From the NCBI GenBank assembly GCA_963714695.1, contig CAVQPQ010000001.1, positions 7,880-71,879 of the forward strand: a stretch of 64,000 nucleotides of DNA, given 5' to 3'. The stretch is from an uncultured Verrucomicrobiae bacterium (lineage in GTDB: Bacteria; Verrucomicrobiota; Verrucomicrobiia; Limisphaerales; UBA11358). The notes below the pieces were generated by a model. It saw only the letters and a program-made list of their open reading frames with translations, had not been told where the DNA came from and did not search any database. Shown one piece after another: positions 43,609 through 53,869 of this stretch. Made by a program: the position numbers and the translations under genes. How positions within the stretch are numbered: position 1 is the stretch's first letter; each line of letters begins with the position of its first letter.

Positions 43609-44757
43609 ATGAATCCCGCCCCAACCAGTTTAACCTGGACCCGCCGGCTGAATGTCCTCCTGATTGTGATGTTCGGCGTGTTGCTTTGGCTGCCAACCCT
43701 CGACACATTTTTTTATATTGACCACACGCCGGTCATTGATGAAAAGCGGATCCCGGCGCAACTGCCGTATCTCAAATCCTTCCCCGGGGGCCTTAAGGAA
43801 TACCTCGTCGGCCTGGAAGCCTGCTTCAACGACCATTTTGGCTGCCGCAACCAGCTCATCCGCTGGCAAATGGACTGGCGCCAAATCATTCGCGCCACGG
43901 GTGAAAACGCGCACGATGTCATCATCGGCAGTGACGGCTGGCTGTTTATTTCCCAGAACCAGATGGTGGAGCATTACCGGGGCATGCGGCAATTCGTGCC
44001 GCAGAACCTGCGCCACTGGCAGGCGCTGCTCGAATATCGCCGCGACTGGCTGGCCGGGCGCGGAATCAAATACATCTTCGTGGTCGCCCCGGACAAACAG
44101 TCAATCTATTCCGAATACCTGCCGCCCTGGATGACGAAACTGCGGCCGGAAACAAAACTCGACCAGCTCTGCAGTTACATGCGCGCCCATTCAAGCGTTG
44201 AGGTGGTTGACCTGCGGCCGGCCCTGCTCGACGCCCGCCGGATTGCGCCAACGTATTACAAAACGGACACCCATTGGAATGCGTTCGGCGGTTTTATGGC
44301 CTGTCAGGAAATTGTAAAAAAACTGCCCGGACTGGAGCCGCTGTCATTGGATTCGTTTGAACTGGGAAAAACTCCCGCCCCCGGCGGCGATCTGGCCATC
44401 ATGTTGGGATTGAAAACAGCCGAGGAAAACGCCGTTTCCCTGACTCCCAAACCCGGCCTGCCCCCGCTGGAGATGAGTTCTAAAGATCTGGTCAAACATC
44501 CTGAATATCGCGGACCCTCCTTTACGAAAAACTCCCAGGCGACGGGCGCCGCGCTGCTGTTTTGCGACTCCTTCGGGACAGCTCTCATCCCCTTCCTGGG
44601 CTGGCACTTTGGCAAAGTCACCCATCTTCGAAGATACACGCTGGATGCGCGATGGATCGAGCAGGAAAAACCGGACGTGGTCATCAGTGAAATGGTCGAG
44701 CGGGAATTTAACACGACGGATCCAAAATATTTGAAAACCGAAGAGGTGTTGCCGTAA
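43609..44757 (+). CDS. AlgJ/AlgX-like SGNH O-acetyltransferase partner
   Basis: N-terminal TM. VVAPDKQSIY and YYKTDTHWN motifs. Immediately downstream of the MBOAT gene. Confidence 0.7.
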   Translation: MNPAPTSLTWTRRLNVLLIVMFGVLLWLPTLDTFFYIDHTPVIDEKRIPAQLPYLKSFPGGLKEYLVGLEACFNDHFGCRNQLIRWQMDWRQIIRATGENAHDVIIGSDGWLFISQNQMVEHYRGMRQFVPQNLRHWQALLEYRRDWLAGRGIKYIFVVAPDKQSIYSEYLPPWMTKLRPETKLDQLCSYMRAHSSVEVVDLRPALLDARRIAPTYYKTDTHWNAFGGFMACQEIVKKLPGLEPLSLDSFELGKTPAPGGDLAIMLGLKTAEENAVSLTPKPGLPPLEMSSKDLVKHPEYRGPSFTKNSQATGAALLFCDSFGTALIPFLGWHFGKVTHLRRYTLDARWIEQEKPDVVISEMVEREFNTTDPKYLKTEEVLP

Positions 44758-44834
44758 CCGGTTTAATGACTTGAACATTAGCCCGGAATGCGCGATAAAC
44801 GGATACAGAAGCTGCAAAGACAAACCGGAGACGA

Positions 44835-45710
44835 ATGACTATGAAAACTTATGCCGAACCATCTCATCCCGAACCCCAAAACCCTGGCACACGCGAACGC
44901 GCCTTCACGTTGACCGATTTGCTGGTCGTCATGGCCACGCTCGCCATTCTGGCCGCGGTGATTTTGCCGGTGCTGGCCAGGTCCGGCGACAACGGCATGA
45001 GGATGGTCTGCCTCAACAACCTGAGGCAGATGGGAACGGCCCAGAATATGTATTTAACCGACGACCAGGATTATATGCCCTGGCCAAATTGGGGTTGTGA
45101 CGGAGACTGCCCGGCGGGATGGTTATATTCCCCGAATCCCAATACGCCCAATAACCTTAATCAAGGGCTGGCTCTGGATACCGCGAATTGGTCCACCGGT
45201 CGGGTGGCCAACCTTAAAACCGGCGTTTATTGGCAATACCTTCAAAACCCTGACGTGTTTATGTGCCCGGTTTTCGCCGCGACTTTGGTGGGATCCGTAA
45301 TTTGGGAACAATATAACAACAAGTTATCCACTTATTGCATGAATGGTGCGAGCGCCTTCTTTCCTGCGGTATCTCCTGCCAACACTTACGGATACCGGAC
45401 TGCCAAGGCGAGCCAGATTTGGAGCCCCTTGTGCATCATCCAATGGGAACCGTCAGGGACCTCTGGGAACGACAATGGTTACAATGACGGCGCCAACTAC
45501 CCGGATATAAATGAAGGTGTTAGCAGTCTTCATGTCACAGGCGCCCCTGTGTTGGCAGTGGGCGGCAACAGCAGGTTTATGTCGTTCGCCGATTTTACTG
45601 CTGAAATGCATAATCCTCCGAATCAGTGGATGTACAATATTTGCACCGTATCAAAAGGGTTGTTGTGGTGGAATCCCCAACTGTGTGACGGGCATGGAAT
45701 TCAAGAATAA
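44835..45710 (+). CDS. Prepilin-type N-terminal cleavage/methylation domain protein (pseudopilin-like)
   Basis: RAFTLTDLLVVMATLAILAAVILP is followed by CLNNLRQMG, as in the DUF1559-like proteins of PVC bacteria. Confidence 0.8.
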   Translation: MTMKTYAEPSHPEPQNPGTRERAFTLTDLLVVMATLAILAAVILPVLARSGDNGMRMVCLNNLRQMGTAQNMYLTDDQDYMPWPNWGCDGDCPAGWLYSPNPNTPNNLNQGLALDTANWSTGRVANLKTGVYWQYLQNPDVFMCPVFAATLVGSVIWEQYNNKLSTYCMNGASAFFPAVSPANTYGYRTAKASQIWSPLCIIQWEPSGTSGNDNGYNDGANYPDINEGVSSLHVTGAPVLAVGGNSRFMSFADFTAEMHNPPNQWMYNICTVSKGLLWWNPQLCDGHGIQE

Positions 45711-45740
45711 ACCCTCATTATTCAACCCGGAAAAGAACTT

Positions 45741-48700
45741 ATGAAAAGCCCATTTTCAATCTGGAGAACGGCGCTTCGTTTCCAACGTGCGCAACTCGAC
45801 GCTGCCCCTGTTCGGAGTTCCACCTTCAAGCGGTTCGGACGGGCAACCGCGTTTGGCCGCCTGCCTTTTGTAGGAGACGAGGTAACGAGTCTCAATTTTC
45901 TTCAGAAACCACCGATTGGCGGCGAGAAGCAAGCCTCCTCACGTCGGCTCCTGCGGTTTTTCGCCCTCGCCGTTTTTTGCCTCGCCGTTCCAGCCCTGGC
46001 AACGCCGCTTCAACTGGTCACCACCATTGATCCTTCCGTGGGTCCGCCCGCAAGCGGCGGCGGCAACTCCATGAACCCCATCATCACACCGGACGGACGT
46101 TACGTCCTGTTTGCCAGCACGGCCAACAATCTGGCCTTGACCAGCAGCAACACTCCGTTCCTGGCCCAAGGCTCGCCCAAAATAAATGTGTTCCTGCGCG
46201 ACCGCACCAACGGAACCACGACCCTGGTCAGCGTCAACCTCACCGGCACGGGCGGCGGCAACGGCGATTCCATGCCCATCGGGCTTTCCACCAACGGGCA
46301 GTATGCGCTTTATGAAAGCATCGCCAGCGACCTGGCGCCCGGCGACACCAACAATGCCAACGATGTGTTCGTGCGTGACCTGGTCCACGGGACGAACATT
46401 CTGGTGAGCATCAGCACGAACGGCGGCTGTGCCAACAGCGTGTCCGGGGAATCGGCCATGACGCCCGACGGACGTTACGTGGCATTCGCCAGCACCGCCA
46501 GCAATCTCGTGCCGGGTGACACGAATGGCGTCCGGGACATCTTTGTCCGTGATTTGCAGAATGGTACAACCGTCCGTGCCAGTTCCGACGCGATGGGTGG
46601 AATGGTTGCTGTACCTATAGACGTCCCCGCTTCTTATTGCACGATCCAAGCCATCAGTTCGGATTCACCTGAGATTACGCCGGACGGGCGCTGTGTTGCC
46701 TTTATTACCGCTTTCAACTTTTCTTCTCAAGAAAGAGCATATAATTTGGGAATATCGCAAGGGGTCGTCGTTAGTGATTTGGTAATCGGTACCAAGACTT
46801 TGGTCAACAGTAATTTATTTGTTGCCGCTTACCCCCCTTGGTACGACTCAGCTAATCCCTCCTACAACCATGCCATCAGCGACAACGGCCAATTCATTGC
46901 CTTCGAGACCTTGACGAATGCTTCAGGCGGCAATGGAGTCATTCAACGATACAACCTTCAAACCGGTTTCACGGACATCGTGTGTACCAATGCCATCGCA
47001 CTTCAGACCAGCCCCTTTTTCCGGGACATGGATATCACTCCGGATGGGCGGTTCATTGCCTTTGTCGTCAACTCTAATAACTACACGTATTCATCCGTTT
47101 ACGTCTGGGACGCCCAGACGGCGACGACAACTCTGGTGAGTTGCAATACCAACAACGCAGTGCCGACGAACTCGTTCAGCTACCAGCCAGCCATTGATTC
47201 CAGCGGACAGTTTGTTGTTTTCCTCAGCAACGCCTCCGGTTTGACCACCAATGCCATGGCCGGCGGTTTTCACCTGTATCTCCGCGATCTCCTGGCCGGC
47301 ACCACCACCCTGCTGGATGCCGACACCAACGGCTTCGGCTTCAGCAAGGATTTCATGAACCCCGCCCGCCTGACGCCGGATGGACGTTATGTGGCTTTCG
47401 ATTGCACCGGGGAAATGCCCGCAACGAACGTCTATAACCAGCCTTATGCCATCGCCAATCGCAGCCTTATGCCGGGCGACAACAATCGCGCTTTTGACGT
47501 GTTTCTGCGCGATCTCACCACCAATACGACTGAGTTGGTTTCCGTCCGCCAGCCGGCTTTGCCATCGCAAACCCCCGGCGGTTCCGGTGCCGCGCCGATT
47601 TTCTCCGTGGATACCGGGGGCCGGTTCATCGCCTTTGCCAGCGCCGCCAACAGCCTCGTGCCCAATTACACCAATCTTTATCGCGGCGTGTTCGTGCAGG
47701 ATCTTCTGAACGGAACAAATGTCCTGGTGAGCGCCGACACCAACGGTCTCGCCAACGCCGGCGGCATGTCTTCAGACCCGTCCATCAGCGGCGATGGCCG
47801 TTATGTGGTGTTTGCCAGCAGCGCCTCCAACCTGACTCCGGGTGACAACAAGTCAACTGCCACCGCCGCGCAGGACGTATTTCTCCGCGATCAGCAGACC
47901 GGAATCACCACCCTCATCAGCACCAACGCCACCGGCTCCGGTCCGGGCAATGGCGATTCCTATTCACCGGTGATCAGCGCCAACGGTCGTTTCGTTCTCT
48001 TCCACAGCAAGGCGAACAATCTCGCCGCAAATGGCCCGTCTTGCACATGTACCGAAAACTTGTTTTTGCGGGACCTGCAAGCCGGCACAACTTACACCTT
48101 GACCACAGCCGGCATATCCTTCACCGCGATGACTCCGGATGGTCATTTCGTTGTATTCGGTGGATCACCTTTGTATGTTTGGGATTCGCAGGCTGCCACC
48201 ACGGTTTACAGCGTTAACGCAACCGCAAACAACGCAGCCATCAGCCCCGACGGGAACCGGATCGTGTATTCCACCAGCGCCGGATTCTACGCTGTGGACC
48301 GCGCCGCCAATGCCAACTGGCAGATTGGCGCTTCCGTTTCCGGTTCCCATTCCGGATTGCAATTCAGCGGTGACGCGCGGTTTCTGGTTTATTCCACCAC
48401 CAACGCCCAAGTCGCCTTCGACACCAACAGCATCGCCGATGTTTATCTCTATGACTTTGTCACTCGCAGCAATTTCCTCGTCAGTCAGGGCAATCCGCCC
48501 GGCGCGGCCAGCGGCCCGTCCGATTCACCGGTTATCAGCAACGACGGACGGTTTGTGGCCTATCACAGCACCGCCGCCAACCTCGTCGCCGGCGCCACCA
48601 ACGGTCTGCCGAATGTGTTCCTCTATGACCGGCAAACCGGCGTCACGACACTTCTGAGCGCCAACACTTCTGGTCTGGCCGGCAACAGCCGCTCGCTCAC

Positions 48701-49052
48701 ACCCATGTTCAGCGGCGACGGCCAGACGGTCGTGTTCCAAAGCTGGGCTTCGGATCTGATTCCGCAGGATTACAATCAGGCCAACGATTTGGTCGCAATC
48801 AAGATTGCCACGTCCAATCCCACGCCGGTGTTCGTCGGCCAGATGGTATTCGCTCCCGCAACCCTTCAAAGCCCGACGCTGACCTGGCCGGCGGTGAACG
48901 GGAAGACCTATCAAGTCCAGTTCAAGAACAGCCCGGCCGATGCCGTCTGGCAGACATTGAGCGGCAACGTGTGGGTGAGCGGCAGCCAAGGTTACGCCAC
49001 CGACCTCGCGCCCAACGCCAGCCTGCGGATTTATCGCGTCGTTGCCTTTTGA
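45741..49052 (+). CDS. Giant PD40/TolB-like beta-propeller repeat protein
   Basis: More than 15 units of (I/M)(T/S)PDGRYVAFxSxASNLVPGDTNxxxDVFVRDL. A signal-peptide-like segment LLRFFALAVFCLAVPALA appears only at residue about 70. The first 70 codons are largely repeat-element sequence, so the true start is uncertain. Confidence 0.8.
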   Translation: MKSPFSIWRTALRFQRAQLDAAPVRSSTFKRFGRATAFGRLPFVGDEVTSLNFLQKPPIGGEKQASSRRLLRFFALAVFCLAVPALATPLQLVTTIDPSVGPPASGGGNSMNPIITPDGRYVLFASTANNLALTSSNTPFLAQGSPKINVFLRDRTNGTTTLVSVNLTGTGGGNGDSMPIGLSTNGQYALYESIASDLAPGDTNNANDVFVRDLVHGTNILVSISTNGGCANSVSGESAMTPDGRYVAFASTASNLVPGDTNGVRDIFVRDLQNGTTVRASSDAMGGMVAVPIDVPASYCTIQAISSDSPEITPDGRCVAFITAFNFSSQERAYNLGISQGVVVSDLVIGTKTLVNSNLFVAAYPPWYDSANPSYNHAISDNGQFIAFETLTNASGGNGVIQRYNLQTGFTDIVCTNAIALQTSPFFRDMDITPDGRFIAFVVNSNNYTYSSVYVWDAQTATTTLVSCNTNNAVPTNSFSYQPAIDSSGQFVVFLSNASGLTTNAMAGGFHLYLRDLLAGTTTLLDADTNGFGFSKDFMNPARLTPDGRYVAFDCTGEMPATNVYNQPYAIANRSLMPGDNNRAFDVFLRDLTTNTTELVSVRQPALPSQTPGGSGAAPIFSVDTGGRFIAFASAANSLVPNYTNLYRGVFVQDLLNGTNVLVSADTNGLANAGGMSSDPSISGDGRYVVFASSASNLTPGDNKSTATAAQDVFLRDQQTGITTLISTNATGSGPGNGDSYSPVISANGRFVLFHSKANNLAANGPSCTCTENLFLRDLQAGTTYTLTTAGISFTAMTPDGHFVVFGGSPLYVWDSQAATTVYSVNATANNAAISPDGNRIVYSTSAGFYAVDRAANANWQIGASVSGSHSGLQFSGDARFLVYSTTNAQVAFDTNSIADVYLYDFVTRSNFLVSQGNPPGAASGPSDSPVISNDGRFVAYHSTAANLVAGATNGLPNVFLYDRQTGVTTLLSANTSGLAGNSRSLTPMFSGDGQTVVFQSWASDLIPQDYNQANDLVAIKIATSNPTPVFVGQMVFAPATLQSPTLTWPAVNGKTYQVQFKNSPADAVWQTLSGNVWVSGSQGYATDLAPNASLRIYRVVAF
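45869..45954. repeat. Family C palindromic element inside the 5' part of the PD40 ORF
   Basis: Arms are TGTAGGAGACGAGGTAACGAGTCTC and GCCTCCTCACGTCGGCTCCTGC. Confidence 0.8.
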
Positions 49053-49060
49053 GCGTAGCG

Positions 49061-49202
49061 CCAACCTGGGAGCGCTGGCGTCTCGCCGGCGAGTTTCGCG
49101 ATGAAGAATTTCCTCATCCACTCGCCGCCGGGACGCCGGCGCTCCCGGGAGAGCAATCGTCAGCGGTGGCTCTTTGATTGTTTGTCAAAGACATAATCCC
49201 GC
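49061..49202. repeat. Family A element, long 142-bp variant
   Basis: Family A palindrome plus a conserved tail TGGCTCTTTGATTGTTTGTCAAAGACATAATCCCGC. Collinear with 56181-56322. Confidence 0.85.
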
Positions 49203-49340
49203 TGTTTATTTTAACGCAACTGTCCGCGCGCGCGAATTGCGATTCAATTTTTATTTGCCGAACCGCGCACCCGCAATTATTGTCTGCGCCGTTGGCCGGC
49301 CATTGGCGCCGGCCAGCGCAACATTTAGGATCAAAGACGT

Positions 49341-51518
49341 ATGACAAGGAAACCTCTCGCGGGCGCGGAATTGGACCGGCTGGTGGCCGGCCTGAACAAG
49401 TTGTCCCGCAATTTGTGGTGGAGCTGGGACCAGGAGGCGCAGGATTTGTTTCAGGAACTCTCGCCGCGCGCCTGGCAGAATCTTTATCACAACGCCGCCG
49501 CCATTTTGCGCGAAGTCTCCGAATACGAACTCCGCATGCGCCTGCAGGACGCCGACTTTGAGCGGCGCGCGCGGACGGTATTGCAGAATTTCGAGGAATA
49601 TCTCGCCGCCAAAAACACCTGGGGACAGGTGAACGCGCCGCAATTGCTCCAAAACCCCGTCGCGTACTTTTCCGCCGAATTCGGCTTTCACGAGTCGCTG
49701 CCGATTTCGGCGGGCGGCCTCGGCATCCTGGCCGGCGACCACGCGAAATCCGCCAGCGACCTCGGTCTCGGCTTCGTCGGCGTCGGTTTGTTTTACCGCG
49801 AGGGTTATTTCCAGCAGGCCATTGACTCGAACAACTGGCAGACCGAATTCTACAATCTGATTCATCCGGAAAATGTGCCGCTCGAACCCGTGCTGGATGC
49901 CGGCGGCCAGCCCCTGGTGTGCGAAGTGGAAATTGACATGAACCGCGTTCTTTTTCAGGTCTGGCGCGTGAATGTCGGGCGCGTGCCGGTCTATTTGCTG
50001 GACGCCAACCGGCCGGAAAACGCCCAGCATTTCCGCGATTTGACCGCGCGCGTTTATGGCGGCGACAACACCATGCGCGTCATGCAGGAAATGCTGCTCG
50101 GCATCGGCGGCGTGCGCCTGCTGCGCAAGCTTGGCGTGCAACCGTCGGTCTTTCACATGAACGAAGGGCACGCGGCCTTCCTGGCGGTGGAATTAATCCG
50201 CGAAAAACTGGTGGCCAGACAAACATTTGCCGACGCGCTCGCCGCCACCAAGGCGCAATGTATTTTCACCACCCACACGCCGGTGGAAGCCGGCCACGAC
50301 CGCTTCCCTCTGGAATTGATGGATTTCGCCTTCATGCTGTACCAGCACCAGTTGCCCGTGCCGTTTCAGGATATCCTGCCGCTGGGCCGCGTGCATCCGG
50401 AAAACGCGCAGGAGCCGTTTTGCATGACCGTCCTCGCGCTCAAGATGTCGCGCGCCGCCAACGGCGTGAGCGAACTCCACGGCGACGTCAGCCGCCACAT
50501 GTGGCAATCCCTTTATCCCGGCACGCCCGTTGAAAAAGTCCCCATCGGCCACATCACCAACGGCATCCACCTGCTCGGCTGGATGAAAGGTTCCGTGCGC
50601 CAGTTTTGGCGGGAAAAAATGAAGGACAAAAAAGAGGGCGTGGTCAAGATGTGGAATGAAAAGTACGGACAAGATTGGGCGTCGGCGATTCACCACCCTG
50701 AATTCTGGGAAAAAATGGCCGACGCGTCGTTTGTTTCCGACGAGGAGCTTTGGGCGTTGCGCTACAAATTGCGGCGCGAGATGATCGAGTTCATCCGCCG
50801 CCGGCTGCTGCTCCAAAACCAGCGCATGACCCAGGGCGATTTCATCCGCTTCGACAGCCTGCTGAATCCCGACGCGCTGACCATCGGCTTCGCGCGCCGC
50901 TTTGCGACTTACAAGCGCGCGCCGCTGATTTTCCAGCAGTTCGACAACATCGTGAAACTCGCGCATGACCAGCAGCGGCCCGTGCAATTTATTTTCGCCG
51001 GCAAGGCGCATCCGCGCGACGACGAGGGCAAGCGCTTCATCCAGCAAATCATTCACCTGAGCAAACACGGCGGATTGGCAGGCTGCGTGGTGTTTGTCGA
51101 AAACTACGACGTTCACATCGCACGGCAGATGGTTTCCGGCTGCGACGTGTGGCTGAACAACCCGCGCCGTCCGCTGGAAGCGTCCGGCACCAGCGGCATG
51201 AAGGCCGGCTGCAATGGCTGCCTGAATTTTAGCATTCTCGACGGCTGGTGGCGCGAAGGCTACGACGGCGCCAACGGTTTTGCCATCGGCGGCGATTCCA
51301 ACCCGAATAATGTCGAGGAGCAGGACCGCGTGGACAGCGCCAATCTTTACCGGACGCTCACCGAGCAGGTCGTTCCGATGTTCTTCGACCGCGACGAACA
51401 GGGCATTCCGCGCCAGTGGATTCAGCGCATCCGCCGCGCAATGGTCACACTCGTGCCGCAATTCACCACCGATCGCATGGTCAAGGAATACACCCGGAAA
51501 TATTATCTGACGAAGTGA
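49341..51518 (+). CDS. glgP: Alpha-glucan phosphorylase (GT35, GlgP family)
   Basis: Motifs WSWDQEA, FSAEFGFHESLPISAGGLGILAGDH and EASGTSGMKA (PLP lysine region). Confidence 0.9.
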   Translation: MTRKPLAGAELDRLVAGLNKLSRNLWWSWDQEAQDLFQELSPRAWQNLYHNAAAILREVSEYELRMRLQDADFERRARTVLQNFEEYLAAKNTWGQVNAPQLLQNPVAYFSAEFGFHESLPISAGGLGILAGDHAKSASDLGLGFVGVGLFYREGYFQQAIDSNNWQTEFYNLIHPENVPLEPVLDAGGQPLVCEVEIDMNRVLFQVWRVNVGRVPVYLLDANRPENAQHFRDLTARVYGGDNTMRVMQEMLLGIGGVRLLRKLGVQPSVFHMNEGHAAFLAVELIREKLVARQTFADALAATKAQCIFTTHTPVEAGHDRFPLELMDFAFMLYQHQLPVPFQDILPLGRVHPENAQEPFCMTVLALKMSRAANGVSELHGDVSRHMWQSLYPGTPVEKVPIGHITNGIHLLGWMKGSVRQFWREKMKDKKEGVVKMWNEKYGQDWASAIHHPEFWEKMADASFVSDEELWALRYKLRREMIEFIRRRLLLQNQRMTQGDFIRFDSLLNPDALTIGFARRFATYKRAPLIFQQFDNIVKLAHDQQRPVQFIFAGKAHPRDDEGKRFIQQIIHLSKHGGLAGCVVFVENYDVHIARQMVSGCDVWLNNPRRPLEASGTSGMKAGCNGCLNFSILDGWWREGYDGANGFAIGGDSNPNNVEEQDRVDSANLYRTLTEQVVPMFFDRDEQGIPRQWIQRIRRAMVTLVPQFTTDRMVKEYTRKYYLTK

Positions 51519-51529
51519 ATGAAAGGTGG

Positions 51530-51557
51530 GGCGCGTCACTCCGTGCGCGCCGTTTTA
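51530..51557 (+). terminator. Candidate intrinsic terminator after glgP
   Basis: GGCGCG stem (51530-51535 pairing with 51546-51551), a 10-nt loop, then GTTTTAGGTTT. Confidence 0.35.
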
Positions 51558-51722
51558 GGTTTCAATAAGGAATCCATGAAACCATGAAGAGGCTTTGCTT
51601 CCGCCTTCCTGGTTTCCTTATTCAATAAACCAACACCAGCGCCGCCTCGTGTTGCGTTGACTTTATCGTGCATTGAGTTTCAGAGACAGGCGCGACACCA
51701 TGTCTTGCGGCATGGATACAAC

Positions 51723-53555
51723 TCAGTGTGCGCCCAGTTCAAAAGCCCCAATGTCGCTGCCATCGCCGCCCGGCGCATTGGGAATGGAGGGATAATCGTA
51801 AGGCCGATAATAACCGCGCTGGTCGGTATGAATCCCGAAGCTGTTGCCCTGATCAACCGCCGGACTGCCGGGCAAAAGCGCATGGGTGGGTGTGGGTCCG
51901 CCATTCATTTGCAGCGGACCGATGAACGGATCAATCGGTGAGGCGATGCTGCCCACCTGGTCGGCGTTCACACCGTTGACAAAGCCGATGCTGCCGTCAG
52001 CCATGCCAATCAAGTTGAATCCTTGTGAAGTAAAATCGCCGGCCAAGTCAGGGCCGAAGCCCTCAGAACCAGCATCCCCTATCGTTGCTTGTTGCCCATA
52101 ATAATTACCATTGGTTCCGCCCAATCCTCCAGCGCTGGTTGTGTTTAACGCAATCAAAGTGTTGCGCAAAATAACATTTGTGGTGCTGGTATCATTCAAA
52201 ACACCACCGCCGTCGCCACCTTGTCCGCCCGAAGAAACTGCTGAAGAACTGTTAAAAAAACTGCTAACAGTATTTCCGCCATTGCCGCCAGCTCCAGTCT
52301 GATTCAACGCAATCGTGCATGAAGTCAAATCCAATGAACCAGCGTTACAAATTCCGCCGCCACCACCACCACTGGCGCCACTGGCGCCACCACCTAAATC
52401 GCCAGACCCGCCCGCACCGCCATTACCACAGATATTTCCACTAATGGTGCAGGTGTTAAGGCTTGACTGACCCGCGTTAAAAATGCCCGCACCACCGCCT
52501 CCCGCACCAGCATTCCCGCCTGTGCCAAAACTGCCGCCGTCTCCGCCATTGCCACACGAATTGCCATTAACCGTGGAAAAATTTAGCCGCATTTGTCCGG
52601 CATTATAGATGCCAGAACCGTCGCCACCTGAGCCGCCCCATCCTCCCGGAAAATAAATTGTAACTATACCACTTGGACCGCTTCCACTGCTTCCCTGTCC
52701 GCTTATGTTGTCGCTGACGATGCAATTGTTAAAAACGATTGTTCCGGCATTATAAACCCCTCCGCCGTTCCCACCGCTGCCACCAAAGCCTTCAGAATTG
52801 CCATCCGGCCCGCCACCATTGCCGCTATGATTTTCACAAATAACACAATCTGTTAAGAGACACGTTCCGTCATTTTTAATACCGCCGCCGTTTCCCCCGG
52901 GAGCACCATCTGCGCCAGTGCCTGATAAATTCCCAGCCACGATACAATTGTTCATCGTCAGCGTTCCCGAATTATAAATGCCACCACCATCGCCGCCGCC
53001 CGTGCCGCCAGCATTGCCTTCAGGAAAATTTCCGCCGCCACTGGAATTGTTGGTGATGATGCAATTTTCCAAAGATAAAGCTCCAGCATTGTAAATCGCC
53101 CCGCCCGATTCCCCGTCCTCAAACCAGGCATCTCCGTTTCCCGGAGCCGTTCCGCCGGTGATGATGAGGTTTTTAAGCTTCAAACTGGCTCTCGGAAAAA
53201 CTTGAAACACCCGGTCTCCCAAACCGGTCGCGTCAATGGTCACATCGGCACCGACACCGTTGATGGTCAGGCTGCCATTGGTGATGTCCAAATCGCCCGT
53301 GCGCGCCGCATCCTCGTCCGCGCCGGAAAGGGTCAGCCGATACGTTAGCCGCCGCCGCGACTGGCCAAGCATGATGGTGTTGTTTCCGCCATGACTGTTC
53401 GCGTCCATGATGGCGCCGCGCAGACTGCTGATCTTGGTTGTGTCGTTTGTGTTGGTGATTACGTAAATGCGGCCTTGCGCCTGCAGGCTGAACAACAACA
53501 GTAAGGCAAAAACACCCAAAAAAGGGCGAGCACCATTTTTGAAGCGGTCTTTCAT
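51723..53555 (-). CDS. Secreted right-handed beta-helix protein with choice-of-anchor-Q C-terminal domain
   Basis: Signal peptide. Repeated GGAIYNAGxLxLxNCIxxxN units. The C-terminal FIGPLQMNGGPTPTHALLPGSPAVDQG..DQRG..R..GDGSDIGAFE is typical of choice-of-anchor Q. Confidence 0.8.
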   Translation of the reverse strand: MKDRFKNGARPFLGVFALLLLFSLQAQGRIYVITNTNDTTKISSLRGAIMDANSHGGNNTIMLGQSRRRLTYRLTLSGADEDAARTGDLDITNGSLTINGVGADVTIDATGLGDRVFQVFPRASLKLKNLIITGGTAPGNGDAWFEDGESGGAIYNAGALSLENCIITNNSSGGGNFPEGNAGGTGGGDGGGIYNSGTLTMNNCIVAGNLSGTGADGAPGGNGGGIKNDGTCLLTDCVICENHSGNGGGPDGNSEGFGGSGGNGGGVYNAGTIVFNNCIVSDNISGQGSSGSGPSGIVTIYFPGGWGGSGGDGSGIYNAGQMRLNFSTVNGNSCGNGGDGGSFGTGGNAGAGGGGAGIFNAGQSSLNTCTISGNICGNGGAGGSGDLGGGASGASGGGGGGICNAGSLDLTSCTIALNQTGAGGNGGNTVSSFFNSSSAVSSGGQGGDGGGVLNDTSTTNVILRNTLIALNTTSAGGLGGTNGNYYGQQATIGDAGSEGFGPDLAGDFTSQGFNLIGMADGSIGFVNGVNADQVGSIASPIDPFIGPLQMNGGPTPTHALLPGSPAVDQGNSFGIHTDQRGYYRPYDYPSIPNAPGGDGSDIGAFELGAH

Positions 53556-53719
53556 AAAGAAGTGTTGTTGTATGCTATCAGGATTATCAGCCATGTCAAT
53601 AATTCAGTGTTGATGATTACAGCGGCTGGCACTTGCGTATTGCCAACGTTTGGAGTTCCGCCTTCAGGCGGCTCAGGGCATTCACCACCCATCGCCGCGT
53701 AAAGAGCCGGTGAAATCAT

Positions 53720-53806
53720 TGTAGGAGCCGACGTGAGGAGGCTTGTTTCCCGCCGCAAATCACAGGTTTCCGAAGACGATTGAGACTCGTTACCTCGTCT
53801 CCTACA
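53720..53806. repeat. Family C palindromic element (intergenic, upstream of aminotransferase)
   Basis: Arms are TGTAGGAGCCGACGTGAGGAGGC and GAGACTCGTTACCTCGTCTCCTACA. Confidence 0.85.
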
Positions 53807-53869
53807 GATCGCAGGAATTCCTTTCTTGCACTCCCCTGCCCGGCTCGTAATCTTTCCGCGATTAAAATT

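Noticed and set aside
49167-49202. TTGACA/TTGTCA hexamer in the conserved 36-bp tail of long family A elements as a sigma70 promoter
   Set aside because: No -10-like hexamer lies at a 16-19-bp spacing in either copy, and the flanking genes have different orientations at the two loci. The promoter reading is not supported.
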